A stretch of DNA of 64,000 nt from the human T2T-CHM13v2.0 reference genome, Homo sapiens, in the NCBI RefSeq assembly GCF_009914755.1, contig NC_060942.1; one strand, written 5' to 3'. The position numbers and the translations under genes are program-made. Positions 1 to 12,951 of the stretch are shown piece by piece (position 1 is the stretch's first letter; the number at the start of each line of letters is the position of its first letter). A model generated the notes under the pieces. The model was not told the origin of the DNA, searched no databases, and saw only the letters and a list, made by a program, of their open reading frames with translations.

Positions 1-185
1 GAGCGCTTTCCGGCCTAAGGTGAACAAGGAAATATCTTCCCATAAAAACTAGACAGAAGTATTCTCAGAAACTTACTCGTGATGTGTGTCCTCAACTAAA
101 GGAGTAGAACCTTTCTTTTCATAGAGAAGTTTTGAAACGCTCTTTTTGTGGAATCTGCAAGTGGATATTTGGCTAGTTTTGAGGA

Positions 186-202
186 TTTCGTTGGAAGCGG
201 GA
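186..202 (+). promoter_or_regulatory. CENP-B box (representative; within the first unit, core-intact boxes also start at 524, 866, 1204, 1542, 1880, 2555, 3068, 3410; the box at 2217 is disrupted)
   Basis: TTTCGTTGGAAGCGGGA matches the 17-bp CENP-B box with the nTTCGnnnnAnnCGGGn core; it lies at offset +126 in each B-type monomer. Confidence 0.95.
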
Positions 203-694
203 ATTCATACAAATTGCAGACTGCAGCGTTCTGAGAAACATCTTTGTGATGTTTGTATTCAGGACACAGAGTTGAACGTTCCCTATCATAGAGCAGGTTT
301 GAATCACTCCTTTTGTAGTATCTGGAAGTGGACATTTGGAGCGCTTTCCGGCCTCAGGTGAAAAAGGAAATATCTTCCCATAAAAACTAGACAGAAGCAT
401 TCTCAGAAACTTACTCGTGATGTGTGTCCTCAACTAAAGGGGTAGAACCTTTCTTTTGATAGAGCAGTTTTGAAACACTCTTTTTGTAGAATCTGCAAGT
501 GGATATTTCGATAGCTTTGTGGATTTCGTTGGAAACGGGAATATCTTCATATAAAATCTAGAGAGAAGTATTATCAGAAACTTCCTTGTGATGGTTGCAT
601 TCAAGTCACAGAGTTGAACATTCGCTTTCATAGAGCATGTTTGAAACACTCTTTTTCCATTACCTGGAAGTGGACTTTTGGAGCGCTTTGAGGC

Positions 695-711
695 CTATGG
701 TGAAAAAGGAA
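695..711 (+). promoter_or_regulatory. pJ-alpha box of A-type monomer d (representative)
   Basis: CTATGGTGAAAAAGGAA at the same monomer offset as the CENP-B box, matching the A-box consensus CTAYGGTGRAAAAGGAA; variants occur in the other A-type monomers. Confidence 0.8.
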
Positions 712-2663
712 ATATCTTCCCAAAAAAACTAGACAGAAGCATTCTCAGAAACTTATTTGTGATGTGTGTCCTCAACTGACAGAGTTGAACATTTCTTTTG
801 AGAGAGCAGTTTTGAAACACTCTTTCTGTGGAATCTGCAAGTGGATATTTGGCTGGCTTTGAGGATTTCGTTGGAAACGGGAATACATATAAAAAGCAGA
901 CAGCAGCGTTCTGAGAAACTTCTTGGTGATGTTTGCATTCAAGTCACAGAATTGAACATTCCCTTTGATAGAACAGGTTTGAAACACTCCTTTTCTCATA
1001 TCTGGAAGTGTCCATTCGGAGCGCATTCAGGCTTGTGTTGAAAAAGGATATATCTTCCCATAACAACTAGACAGAAGCATTCTCAGAAACTAGATTCTGA
1101 TGTGTGTCCTCAACTAACACAGTTGAACATTTCTTTAGACAGAACAGTTTTGAAACACTCTTTTTGTGGAATTTGCAAGTGGATATTTGGCTAGATTTGA
1201 GCATTTCGTTGGAAACGGGATTACATATAAAAAGCAGACAGCGGCATTCTCAGAAAGTTCTTTGTGATGATTGCATTCAAGTCACAGAATTGAACATTCC
1301 CTTTCACAGAGCAGATTTGAAACACTCTTTTTGTAGTGTGTGTAAGTGGACATTTGGAGCGCTTTCCGGCCTAAGGTGAAAAAGGAAATATCTTCCCATA
1401 AAAACTAGACAGAAGCATTCTCAGAAACTTACTCGTGATGTGTGTACTCAAGTAAAGGAGTAGAAACTTTCTTTTCATAGAGAAGTTTTGAAACGCTCTT
1501 TTTGTGGAATCTGCAAGTGGATATTTGGCTAGTTTTGAGGATTTCGTTGGAAGCGGGAATTCATACAAATTGCAGACTGCAGCGTTCTGAGAAACATCTT
1601 TGTGATGTTTGTATTCAGGACACAGAGTTGAACATTCCCTATCATAGAGCAGGTTGGAATCACTCCTTTTGTAGTATCTGGAAGTGGACATTTGGAGCGC
1701 TTTCAGGCCTATGTTGGAAAAGGAAATATCTTCCCATAACAAATAGACAGAAGCATTCTCAGAAACTTATTTGAGATGTGTGTACTCAACTAAGAGAATT
1801 GAACCACCGTTTTGAAGGAGCAGTTTTGAAACACTCTTTTTCTGGAATCTGCAAGTGGATATCTGGCTAGCTTTGGGGATTTCGCTGGAAGCGGGAATAC
1901 ATATAAAAAGCACACAGCAGCGTTCTGAGAAACTTCTTTCTGATGTTCGCATTCAAGTCAAAAGTTGAACACTCCCTTTCATAGAGCAGTCTTGAAACTC
2001 CCCTTTTGTGGTATCTGGAAGTGGACATTTGGAGTGCTTTCAGGGCTAAGGTGAAAAAGGAAATATCTTCCCATAAAAACTGGACAGAAGCATTCTCAGA
2101 AACTTGTTTATGCTGTATCTACTCAGCTAACAAAGTTGAACCTTTCTTTTGATAGAGCAGTTTTGAAATGCTCTTTTTGTGGAGTCTGCAAGTGGATATT
2201 TGGTTAGTTTTGAGGATTTCTTTGGAAGCGGGAATTCATACAAATTGCAGACTGCAGCGTTCTGAGAAACATCTTTGTGATGTTTGTATTCAGGACACAG
2301 AGTTGAACATTCCCTATCATAGAGCAGGTTGGAATCACTCCTTTTGTAGTATCTGGAAGTGGACATTTGGAGCGCTTTCAGGCCTATGTTGAAAAAGGAA
2401 ATATCTTCCCATAACAAGTAGACACAAGCATTCTCAGAAACTTGTTTGTGATGTGTGCCCTCTACTGACAGAGTTGAACCTTTCTTTTCATAGAGCAGTT
2501 TCGAAACACTCTTTTTGTAGAATCTGCAAGAGGATATTTGCATAGCTTTGAGGATTTCGTGGGAAACGGGATTGTCTTCAGGTAAAATCTAGACAGAAGC
2601 ATTCTCAGAAAATTCTTCGGGATGTTTGCATTCAAGTCACAGAGTAGAACATTCCCTTTGGTA

Positions 2664-3005
2664 GAGCAGGTTTGAAACACTCTTTTTGTAGTATCTGGAA
2701 GTGGACATTTGGAGCGCTTTCAGGCCTATGTTGGAAAGGGAAATATCTTCCCGTAACAACTAGGCAGAAGCATTCTCAGAAACTTATTTGAGATGTGTGT
2801 ACTGAACTAAGAGAATTGAACCACCGTTTTGAAGGAGCAGGTTTGAAACACTCTTTTTGTAGTATCTGGAAGTGGACATTTGGAGCGCTTTCAGGCCTAT
2901 GTTGGAAAGGGAAATATCTTCCCGTAACAACTAGGCAGAAGCATTCTCAGAAACTTATTTGAGATGTGTGTACTCAGCTAAGAGAATTGAACCACCGTTT
3001 TGAAG
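2664..3005 (+). repeat. 171-bp internal tandem duplication creating hybrid monomer n (5' part of o, 3' part of m; monomer 2771-2941)
   Basis: 2664-2834 and 2835-3005 are near identical (GAGCAGGTTTGAAACACTCTTTTTGTAGTATCTGG...CCACCGTTTTGAAG), differing at tactGaac vs tactCa. Confidence 0.92.
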
Positions 3006-3621
3006 GAGCAGTTTTGAAACACTCTTTTTCTGGAATCTGCAAAAGGATATTTGCATAGATTTGAGGATTTCGTTGGAAACGGGATTGTCTTCAGATCCAA
3101 TCTAGACAGAAGCATTCTCAGAAACTTCTTTGGGATGTTTGCATTCAAGTCACAGAGTAGAACATTCCCTTTGGTAGAGCAGGTTTGAAACACTCTTTTT
3201 TTAGTATATGGAAGTGGACATTTGGAGCGCTTTCAGGCCTACGTTGGAAAAGGAAATATCTTCCCATAACAACTAGACAGAAGCATTCTCAGAAACTAGT
3301 TTCTGATGTGTGTCCTCAACTAACACAGTTGAACATTTCTTTAGACAGAGTAGCTTTGAAACACTCTCTTTGTGGAATCTGCAAGTGGATATTTGGCTAG
3401 ATTTGAGCATTTCGTTGGAAACGGGATTACATATAAAAAGCAGACAGCAGCATTCTCAGAAACTTCTTTGTGATGATTGCATTCAAGTCACAGAATTGAA
3501 CATTCCCTTTCACAGAGCAGGTTTGAAACACTCTTTTTGTAGTGTGTGTAAGTGGACATTTGGAGCGCTTTCCGGCCTAAGGTGAACAAGGAAATATCTT
3601 CCTATAAAAACTAGACAGAAG

Positions 3622-6600
3622 TATTCTCAGAAACTTACTCGTGATGTGTGTCCTCAACTAAAGGAGTAGAACCTTTCTTTTCATAGAGAAGTTTTGAAAC
3701 GCTCTTTTTGTGGAATCTGCAAGTGGATATTTGGCTAGTTTTGAGGATTTCGTTGGAAGCGGGAATTCATACAAATTGCAGACTGCAGCGTTCTGAGAAA
3801 CATCTTTGTGATGTTTGTATTCAGGACACAGAGTTGAACGTTCCCTATCATAGAGCAGGTTTGAATCACTCCTTTTGTAGTATCTGGAAGTGGACATTTG
3901 GAGCGCTTTCCGGCCTCAGGTGAAAAAGGAAATATCTTCCCATAAAAACTAGACAGAAGCATTCTCAGAAACTTACTCGTGATGTGTGTCCTCAACTAAA
4001 GGGGTAGAACCTTTCTTTTGATAGAGCAGTTTTGAAACACTCTTTTTGTAGAATCTGCAAGTGGATATTTCGATAGCTTTGTGGATTTCGTTGGAAACGG
4101 GAATATCTTCATATAAAATCTAGAGAGAAGTATTATCAGAAACTTCCTTGTGATGGTTGCATTCAAGTCACAGAGTTGAACATTCGCTTTCATAGAGCAT
4201 GTTTGAAACACTCTTTTTCCATTACCTGGAAGTGGACTTTTGGAGCGCTTTGAGGCCTATGGTGAAAAAGGAAATATCTTCCCAAAAAAACTAGACAGAA
4301 GCATTCTCAGAAACTTATTTGTGATGTGTGTCCTCAACTGACAGAGTTGAACATTTCTTTTGAGAGAGCAGTTTTGAAACACTCTTTTTGTGGAATCTGC
4401 AAGTGGATATTTGGCTGGCTTTGAGGATTTCGTTGGAAACGGGAATACATATAAAAAGCAGACAGCAGCGTTCTGAGAAACTTCTTGGTGATGTTTGCAT
4501 TCAAGTCACAGAATTGAACATTCCCTTTGATAGAACAGGTTTGAAACACTCCTTTTCTCATATCTGGAAGTGTCCATTCGGAGCGCATTCAGGCTTGTGT
4601 TGAAAAAGGATATATCTTCCCATAACAACTAGACAGAAGCATTCTCAGAAACTAGTTTCTGATGTGTGTCCTCAACTAACACAGTTGAACATTTCTTTAG
4701 ACAGAACAGTTTTGAAACACTCTTTTTGTGGAATTTGCAAGTGGATATTTGGCTAGATTTGAGCATTTCGTTGGAAACGGGATTACATATAAAAAGCAGA
4801 CAGCGGCATTCTCAGAAAGTTCTTTGTGATGATTGCATTCAAGTCACAGAATTGAACATTCCCTTTCACAGAGCAGGTTTGAAACACTCTTTTTGTAGTG
4901 TGTGTAAGTGGACATTTGGAGCGCTTTCCGGCCTAAGGTGAAAAAGGAAATATCTTCCCATAAAAACTAGACAGAAGCATTCTCAGAAACTTACTCGTGA
5001 TGTGTGTACTCAAGTAAAGGAGTAGAAACTTTCTTTTCATAGAGAAGTTTTGAAACGCTCTTTTTGTGGAATCTGCAAGTGGATATTTGGCTAGTTTTGA
5101 GGATTTCGTTGGAAGCGGGAATTCATACAAATTGCAGACTGCAGCGTTCTGAGAAACATCTTTGTGATGTTTGTATTCAGGACACAGAGTTGAACATTCC
5201 CTATCATAGAGCAGGTTGGAATCACTCCTTTTGTAGTATCTGGAAGTGGACATTTGGAGCGCTTTCAGGCCTATGTTGGAAAAGGAAATATCTTCCCATA
5301 ACAAATAGACAGAAGCATTCTCAGAAACTTATTTGAGATGTGTGTACTCAACTAAGAGAATTGAACCACCGTTTTGAAGGAGCAGTTTTGAAACACTCTT
5401 TTTCTGGAATCTGCAAGTGGATATCTGGCTAGCTTTGGGGATTTCGCTGGAAGCGGGAATACATATAAAAAGCACACAGCAGCGTTCTGAGAAACTTCTT
5501 TCTGATGTTCGCATTCAAGTCAAAAGTTGAACACTCCCTTTCATAGAGCAGTCTTGAAACTCCCCTTTTGTGGTATCTGGAAGTGGACATTTGGAGTGCT
5601 TTCAGGGCTAAGGTGAAAAAGGAAATATCTTCCCATAAAAACTGGACAGAAGCATTCTCAGAAACTTGTTTATGCTGTATCTACTCAGCTAACAAAGTTG
5701 AACCTTTCTTTTGATAGAGCAGTTTTGAAATGCTCTTTTTGTGGAGTCTGCAAGTGGATATTTGGTTAGTTTTGAGGATTTCTTTGGAAGCGGGAATTCA
5801 TACAAATTGCAGACTGCAGCGTTCTGAGAAACATCTTTGTGATGTTTGTATTCAGGACACAGAGTTGAACATTCCCTATCATAGAGCAGGTTGGAATCAC
5901 TCCTTTTGTAGTATCTGGAAGTGGACATTTGGAGCGCTTTCAGGCCTATGTTGAAAAAGGAAATATCTTCCCATAACAAGTAGACACAAGCATTCTCAGA
6001 AACTTGTTTGTGATGTGTGCCCTCTACTGACAGAGTTGAACCTTTCTTTTCATAGAGCAGTTTCGAAACACTCTTTTTGTAGAATCTGCAAGAGGATATT
6101 TGCATAGCTTTGAGGATTTCGTGGGAAACGGGATTGTCTTCAGGTAAAATCTAGACAGAAGCATTCTCAGAAAATTCTTCGGGATGTTTGCATTCAAGTC
6201 ACAGAGTAGAACATTCCCTTTGGTAGAGCAGGTTTGAAACACTCTTTTTGTAGTATCTGGAAGTGGACATTTGGAGCGCTTTCAGGCCTATGTTGGAAAG
6301 GGAAATATCTTCCCGTAACAACTAGGCAGAAGCATTCTCAGAAACTTATTTGAGATGTGTGTACTGAACTAAGAGAATTGAACCACCGTTTTGAAGGAGC
6401 AGGTTTGAAACACTCTTTTTGTAGTATCTGGAAGTGGACATTTGGAGCGCTTTCAGGCCTATGTTGGAAAGGGAAATATCTTCCCGTAACAACTAGGCAG
6501 AAGCATTCTCAGAAACTTATTTGAGATGTGTGTACTCAACTAAGAGAATTGAACCACCGTTTTGAAGGAGCAGTTTTGAAACACTCTTTTTCTGGAATCT

Positions 6601-9600
6601 GCAAGAGGATATTTGCATAGATTTGAGGATTTCGTTGGAAACGGGATTGTCTTCAGATCCAATCTAGACAGAAGCATTCTCAGAAACTTCTTTGGGATGT
6701 TTGCATTCAAGTCACAGAGTAGAACATTCCCTTTGGTAGAGCAGGTTTGAAACACTCTTTTTTTAGTATATGGAAGTGGACATTTGGAGCGCTTTCAGGC
6801 CTACGTTGGAAAAGGAAATATCTTCCCATAACAACTAGACAGAAGCATTCTCAGAAACTAGTTTCTGATGTGTGTCCTCAACTAACACAGTTGAACATTT
6901 CTTTAGACAGAACAGTTTTGAAACACTCTCTTTGTGGAATCTGCAAGTGGATATTTGGCTAGATTTGAGGATTTCGTTGGAAACGGGATTACATATAAAA
7001 AGCAGACAGCAGCATTCTCAGAAACTTCTTTGTGATGATTGCATTCAAGTCACAGAATTGAACATTCCCTTTCACAGAGCAGGTTTGAAACACTCTTTTT
7101 GTAGTGTGTGTAAGTGGACATTTGGAGCGCTTTCCGGCCTAAGGTGAACAAGGAAATATCTTCCCATAAAAACTAGACAGAAGTATTCTCAGAAACTTAC
7201 TCGTGATGTGTGTCCTCAACTAAAGGAGTAGAACCTTTCTTTTCATAGAGAAGTTTTGAAACGCTCTTTTTGTGGAATCTGCAAGTGGATATTTGGCTAG
7301 TTTTGAGGATTTCGTTGGAAGCGGGAATTCATACAAATTGCAGACTGCAGCGTTCTGAGAAACATCTTTGTGATGTTTGTATTCAGGACACAGAGTTGAA
7401 CGTTCCCTATCATAGAGCAGGTTTGAATCACTCCTTTTGTAGTATCTGGAAGTGGACATTTGGAGCGCTTTCCGGCCTCAGGTGAAAAAGGAAATATCTT
7501 CCCATAAAAACTAGACAGAAGCATTCTCAGAAACTTACTCGTGATGTGTGTCCTCAACTAAAGGGGTAGAACCTTTCTTTTGATAGAGCAGTTTTGAAAC
7601 ACTCTTTTTGTAGAATCTGCAAGTGGATATTTCGATAGCTTTGTGGATTTCGTTGGAAACGGGAATATCTTCATATAAAATCTAGAGAGAAGTATTATCA
7701 GAAACTTCCTTGTGATGGTTGCATTCAAGTCACAGAGTTGAACATTCGCTTTCATAGAGCATGTTTGAAACACTCTTTTTCCATTACCTGGAAGTGGACT
7801 TTTGGAGCGCTTTGAGGCCTATGGTGAAAAAGGAAATATCTTCCCAAAAAAACTAGACAGAAGCATTCTCAGAAACTTATTTGTGATGTGTGTCCTCAAC
7901 TGACAGAGTTGAACATTTCTTTTGAGAGAGCAGTTTTGAAACACTCTTTTTGTGGAATCTGCAAGTGGATATTTGGCTGGCTTTGAGGATTTCGTTGGAA
8001 ACGGGAATACATATAAAAAGCAGACAGCAGCGTTCTGAGAAACTTCTTGGTGATGTTTGCATTCAAGTCACAGAATTGAACATTCCCTTTGATAGAACAG
8101 GTTTGAAACACTCCTTTTCTCATATCTGGAAGTGTCCATTCGGAGCGCATTCAGGCTTGTGTTGAAAAAGGATATATCTTCCCATAACAACTAGACAGAA
8201 GCATTCTCAGAAACTAGTTTCTGATGTGTGTCCTCAACTAACACAGTTGAACATTTCTTTAGACAGAACAGTTTTGAAACACTCTTTTTGTGGAATCTGC
8301 AAGTGGATATTTGGCTAGATTTGAGCATTTCGTTGGAAACGGGATTACATATAAAAAGCAGACAGCGGCATTCTCAGAAAGTTCTTTGTGATGATTGCAT
8401 TCAAGTCACAGAATTGAACATTCCCTTTCACAGAGCAGGTTTGAAACACTCTTTTTGTAGTGTGTGTAAGTGGACATTTGGAGCGCTTTCCGGCCTAAGG
8501 TGAAAAAGGAAATATCTTCCCATAAAAAGTAGACAGAAGCATTCTCAGAAACTTACTCGTGATGTGTGTACTCAAGTAAAGGAGTAGAAACTTTCTTTTC
8601 ATAGAGAAGTTTTGAAACGCTCTTTTTGTGGAATCTGCAAGTGGATATTTGGCTAGTTTTGAGGATTTCGTTGGAAGCGGGAATTCATACAAATTGCAGA
8701 CTGCAGCGTTCTGAGAAACATCTTTGTGATGTTTGTATTCAGGACACAGAGTTGAACATTCCCTTTCATAGAGCAGGTTGGAATCACTCCTTTTGTAGTA
8801 TCTGGAAGTGGACATTTGGAGCGCTTTCAGGCCTATGTTGGAAAAGGAAATATCTTCCCATAACAAATAGACAGAAGCATTCTCAGAAACTTATTTGAGA
8901 TGTGTGTACTCAACTAAGAGAATTGAACCACCGTTTTGAAGGAGCAGTTTTGAAACACTCTTTTTCTGGAATCTGCAAGTGGATATCTGGCTAGATTTGG
9001 GGATTTCGCTGGAAGCGGGAATACATATAAAAAGCACACAGCAGCGTTCTGAGAAGCTTCTTTCTGATGTTCGCATTCAAGTCAAAAGTTGAACACTCCC
9101 TTTCGTAGAGCAGTCTTGAAACTCCCCTTTTGTGGTATCTGGAAGTGGACATTTGGAGTGCTTTCAGGGCTAAGGTGAAAAAGGAAATATCTTCCCATAA
9201 AAACTGGACAGAAGCATTCTCAGAAACTTGTTTATGCTGTATCTACTCAGCTAACAAAGTTGAACCTTTCTTTTGATAGAGCAGTTTTGAAATGCTCTTT
9301 TTGTGGAGTCTGCAAGTGGATATTTGGCTAGTTTTGAGGATTTCGTTGGAAGCGGGAATTCATACAAATTGCAGACTGCAGCGTTCTGAGAAACATCTTT
9401 GTGATGTTTGTATTCAGGACACAGAGTTGAACATTCCCTATCATAGAGCAGGTTGGAATCACTCCTTTTGTAGTATCTGGAAGTGGCCATTTCGAGCGCT
9501 TTCAGGCCTATGTTGAAAAAGGAAATATCTTCCCATAACAAGTAGACACAAGCATTCTCAGAAACTTGTTTGTGATGTGTGCCCTCTACTGACAGAGTTG

Positions 9601-10745
9601 AACCTTTCTTTTCATAGAGCAGTTTCGAAACACTCTTTTTGTAGAATCTACAAGAGGATATTTGCATAGCTTTGAGGATTTCGTGGGAAACGGGATTGTC
9701 TTCAGGTAAAATCTAGACAGAAGCATTCTCAGAAAATTCTTCGGGATGTTTGCATTCAAGTCACAGAGTAGAACATTCCCTTTGGTAGAGCAGGTTTGAA
9801 ACACTCTTTTTGTAGTATCTGGAAGTGGACATTTGGAGCGCTTTCAGGCCTATGTTGGAAAGGGAAATATCTTCCCGTAACAACTAGGCAGAAGCATTCT
9901 CAGAAACTTATTTGAGATGTGTGTACTGAACTAAGAGAATTGAACCACCGTTTTGAAGGAGCAGGTTTGAAACACTCTTTTTGTAGTATCTGGAAGTGGA
10001 CATTTGGAGCGCTTTCAGGCCTATGTTGGAAAGGGAAATATCTTCCCGTAACAACTAGGCAGAAGCATTCTCAGAAACTTATTTGAGATGTGTGTACTCA
10101 ACTAAGAGAATTGAACCACCGTTTTGAAGGAGCAGTTTTGAAACACTCTTTTTCTGGAATCTGCAAGAGGATATTTGCATAGATTTGAGGATTTCGTTGG
10201 AAACGGGATTGTCTTCAGTTGAAATCTAGACAGAAGCATTCTCAGAAACTTCTTTGGGATGTTTGCATTCAAGTCACAGAGTAGAACATTCCCTTTGGTA
10301 GAGCAGGTTTGAAACACTCTTTTTTTAGTATATGGAAGTGGACATTTGGAGCGCTTTCAGGCCTACGTTGGAAAAGGAAATATCTTCCCATAACAACTAG
10401 ACAGAAGCATTCTCAGAAACTAGTTTCTGATGTGTGTCCTCAACTAACACAGTTGAACATTTCTTTAGACAGAACAGTTTTGAAACACTCTCTTTGTGGA
10501 ATCTGCAAGTGGATATTTGGCTAGATTTGAGGATTTCGTTGGAAACGGGATTACATATAAAAAGCAGACAGCGGCATTCTCAGAAACTTCTTTGTGATGA
10601 TTGCATTCAAGTCACAAAATTGAACATTCCCTTTCACAGAGCAGGTTTGAAACACTCTTTTTGTAGTGTGTGTAAGTGGACCTTTGGAGCGCTTTCCGGC
10701 CTAAGGTGAAAAAGGACATATCTTCCCATAAAAACTAGACAGAAG
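3622..10745 (+). repeat. Two further 21-mer HOR copies (3622-7183, 7184-10745)
   Basis: Same monomer order, exact 3562-bp period. Confidence 0.95.
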
Positions 10746-12951
10746 CATTCTCAGAAACTTACTCGTGATGTGTGTACTCAACTAAAGGAGTAGAACCTTT
10801 CTTTTCATAGAGAAGTTTTGAAACGCTCTTTTTGTGGAATCTGCAAGTGGATATTTGGCTAGTTTTGAGGATTTCGTTGGAAGCGGGAATTCATACAAAT
10901 TGCAGACTACAGCGTTCTGAGAAACATCTTTGTGATGTTTGTATTCAGGACACAGAGTTGAACATTCCCTATCATAGAGCAGGTTTGAATCACTCCTTTT
11001 GTAGTATCTGGAAGTGGACATTTGGAGCGCTTTCAGGCCTATGTTGGAAAAGGAAATATCTTCCCATAACAAATAGACAGAAGCATTCTCAGAAACTTAT
11101 TTGAGATGTGTGTACTCAACTAAGAGAATTGAACCACCGTTTTGAAGGAGCAGTTTTGAAACACTCTTTTTCTGGAATCTGCAAGTGGATATCTGGCTAG
11201 CTTTGGGGATTTCGCTGGAAGCGGGAATACATATAAAAAGCACACAGCAGCGTTCTGAGAAACTTCTTTCTGATGTTCGCATTCAAGTCAAAAGTTGAAC
11301 ACTCCCTTTCATAGAGCAGTCTTGAAACTCCCCTTTTGTGGTATCTGGAAGTGGACATTTGGAGTGCTTTCAGGGCTAAGGTGAAAAAGGAAATATCTTC
11401 CCATAAAAACTGGACAGAAGCATTCTCAGAAACTTGCTTATGCTGTATCTACTCAGCTAACAAAGTTGAACCTTTCTTTTGATAGAGCAGTTTTGAAATG
11501 CTCTTTTTGTGGAGTCTGCAAGTGGATATTTGGTTAGTTTTGAGGATTTCTTTGGAAGCGGGAATTCATACAAATTGCAGACTGCAGCGTTCTGAGAAAC
11601 ATCTTTGTGATGTTTGTATTCAGGACACAGAGTTGAACATTCCCTATCATAGAGCAGGTTGGAATCACTCCTTTTGTAGTATCTGGAAGTGGACATTTGG
11701 AGCGCTTTCAGGCCTATGTTGAAAAAGGAAATATCTTCCCATAAGAAGTAGACACAAGCATTCTCAGAAACTTGTTTGTGATGTGTGCCCTCTACTGACA
11801 GAGTTGAACCTTTCTTTTCATAGAGCAGTTTCGAAACACTCTTTTTGTAGAATCTGCAAGAGGATATTTGCATAGCTTTGAGGATTTCGTGGGAAACGGG
11901 ATTGTCTCCAGGTAAAATCTAGACAGAAGCATTCTCAGAAAATTCTTCGGGATGTTTGCATTCAAGTCACAGAGTAGAACATTCCCTTTGGTAGAGCAGG
12001 TTTGAAACACTCTTTTTGTAGTATCTGGAAGTGGACATTTGGAGCGCTTTCAGGCCTATGTTGGAAAGGGAAATATCTTCCCGTAACAACTAGGCAGAAG
12101 CATTCTCAGAAACTTATTTGAGATGTGTGTACTGAACTAAGAGAATTGAACCACCGTTTTGAAGGAGCAGGTTTGAAACACTCTTTTTGTAGTATCTGGA
12201 AGTGGACATTTGGAGCGCTTTCATGCCTATGTTGGAAAGGGAAATATCTTCCCGTAACAACTAGGCAGAAGCATTCTCAGAAACTTATTTGAGATGTGTG
12301 TACTCAACTAAGAGAATTGAACCACCGTTTTGAAGAAGCAGTTTTGAAACACTCTTTTTCTGGAATCTGCAAGAGGATATTTGCATAGATTTGAGGATTT
12401 CGTTGGAAACGGGATTGTCTTCAGATCCAATCTAGACAGAAGCATTCTCAGAAACTTCTTTGGGATGTTTACATTCAAGTCACAGAGTAGAACATTCCCT
12501 TTGGTAGAGGAGGTTTGAAACACTCTTTTTTTAGTATATGGAAGTGGACATTTGGAGCGCTTTCAGGCCTACGTTGGAAAAGGAAATATCTTCCCATAAC
12601 AACTAGACAGAAGCATTCTCAGAAACTAGTTTCTGATGTGTGTCCTCAACTAACACAGTTGAACATTTCTTTAGACAGAACAGTTTTGAAACACTCTCTT
12701 TGTGGAATCTGCAAGTGGATATTTGGCTAGATTTGAGCATTTCGTTGGAAACGGGATTACATATAAAAAGCAGACAGCAGCATTCTCAGAAACTTCTTTG
12801 TGATGATTGCATTCAAGTCACAGAATTGAACATTCCCTTTCACAGAGCAGGTTTGAAACACTCTTTTTGTAGTGTGTGTAAGTGGACATTTGGAGCGCTT
12901 TCCGGCCTAAGGTGAACAAGGAAATATCTTCCCATAAAAACTAGACAGAAG
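10746..12951 (+). repeat. 13-mer HOR variant (ab ij kb lm n op gh), 2206 bp
   Basis: Lacks the c-d-e-f block; ORF markers 8891->11097 = 2206. Confidence 0.93.

Larger units (their letters stand above)
60..3621 (+). repeat. 21-mer HOR copy (ab cd ef gh ab ij kb lm n op gh), 3562 bp
   Basis: Monomer starts read directly; ORF track recurs at +3562 (96->3658, 434->3996, 2978->6540). Confidence 0.95.

Noticed and set aside
61-240. Short dyads (TTCTCAGAA/TTCTGAGAA, TGCAGACTGCA) as STAT/HSF sites or cruciforms
   Set aside because: These are generic features of alphoid monomers and too short to support a specific functional claim from sequence alone.
1880-2571. Variant boxes TTTCGCTGGAAGCGGGA (i) and TTTCGTGGGAAACGGGA (l) as lost CENP-B sites
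   Set aside because: The changes fall in non-essential positions; the nTTCGnnnnAnnCGGGn core is retained.
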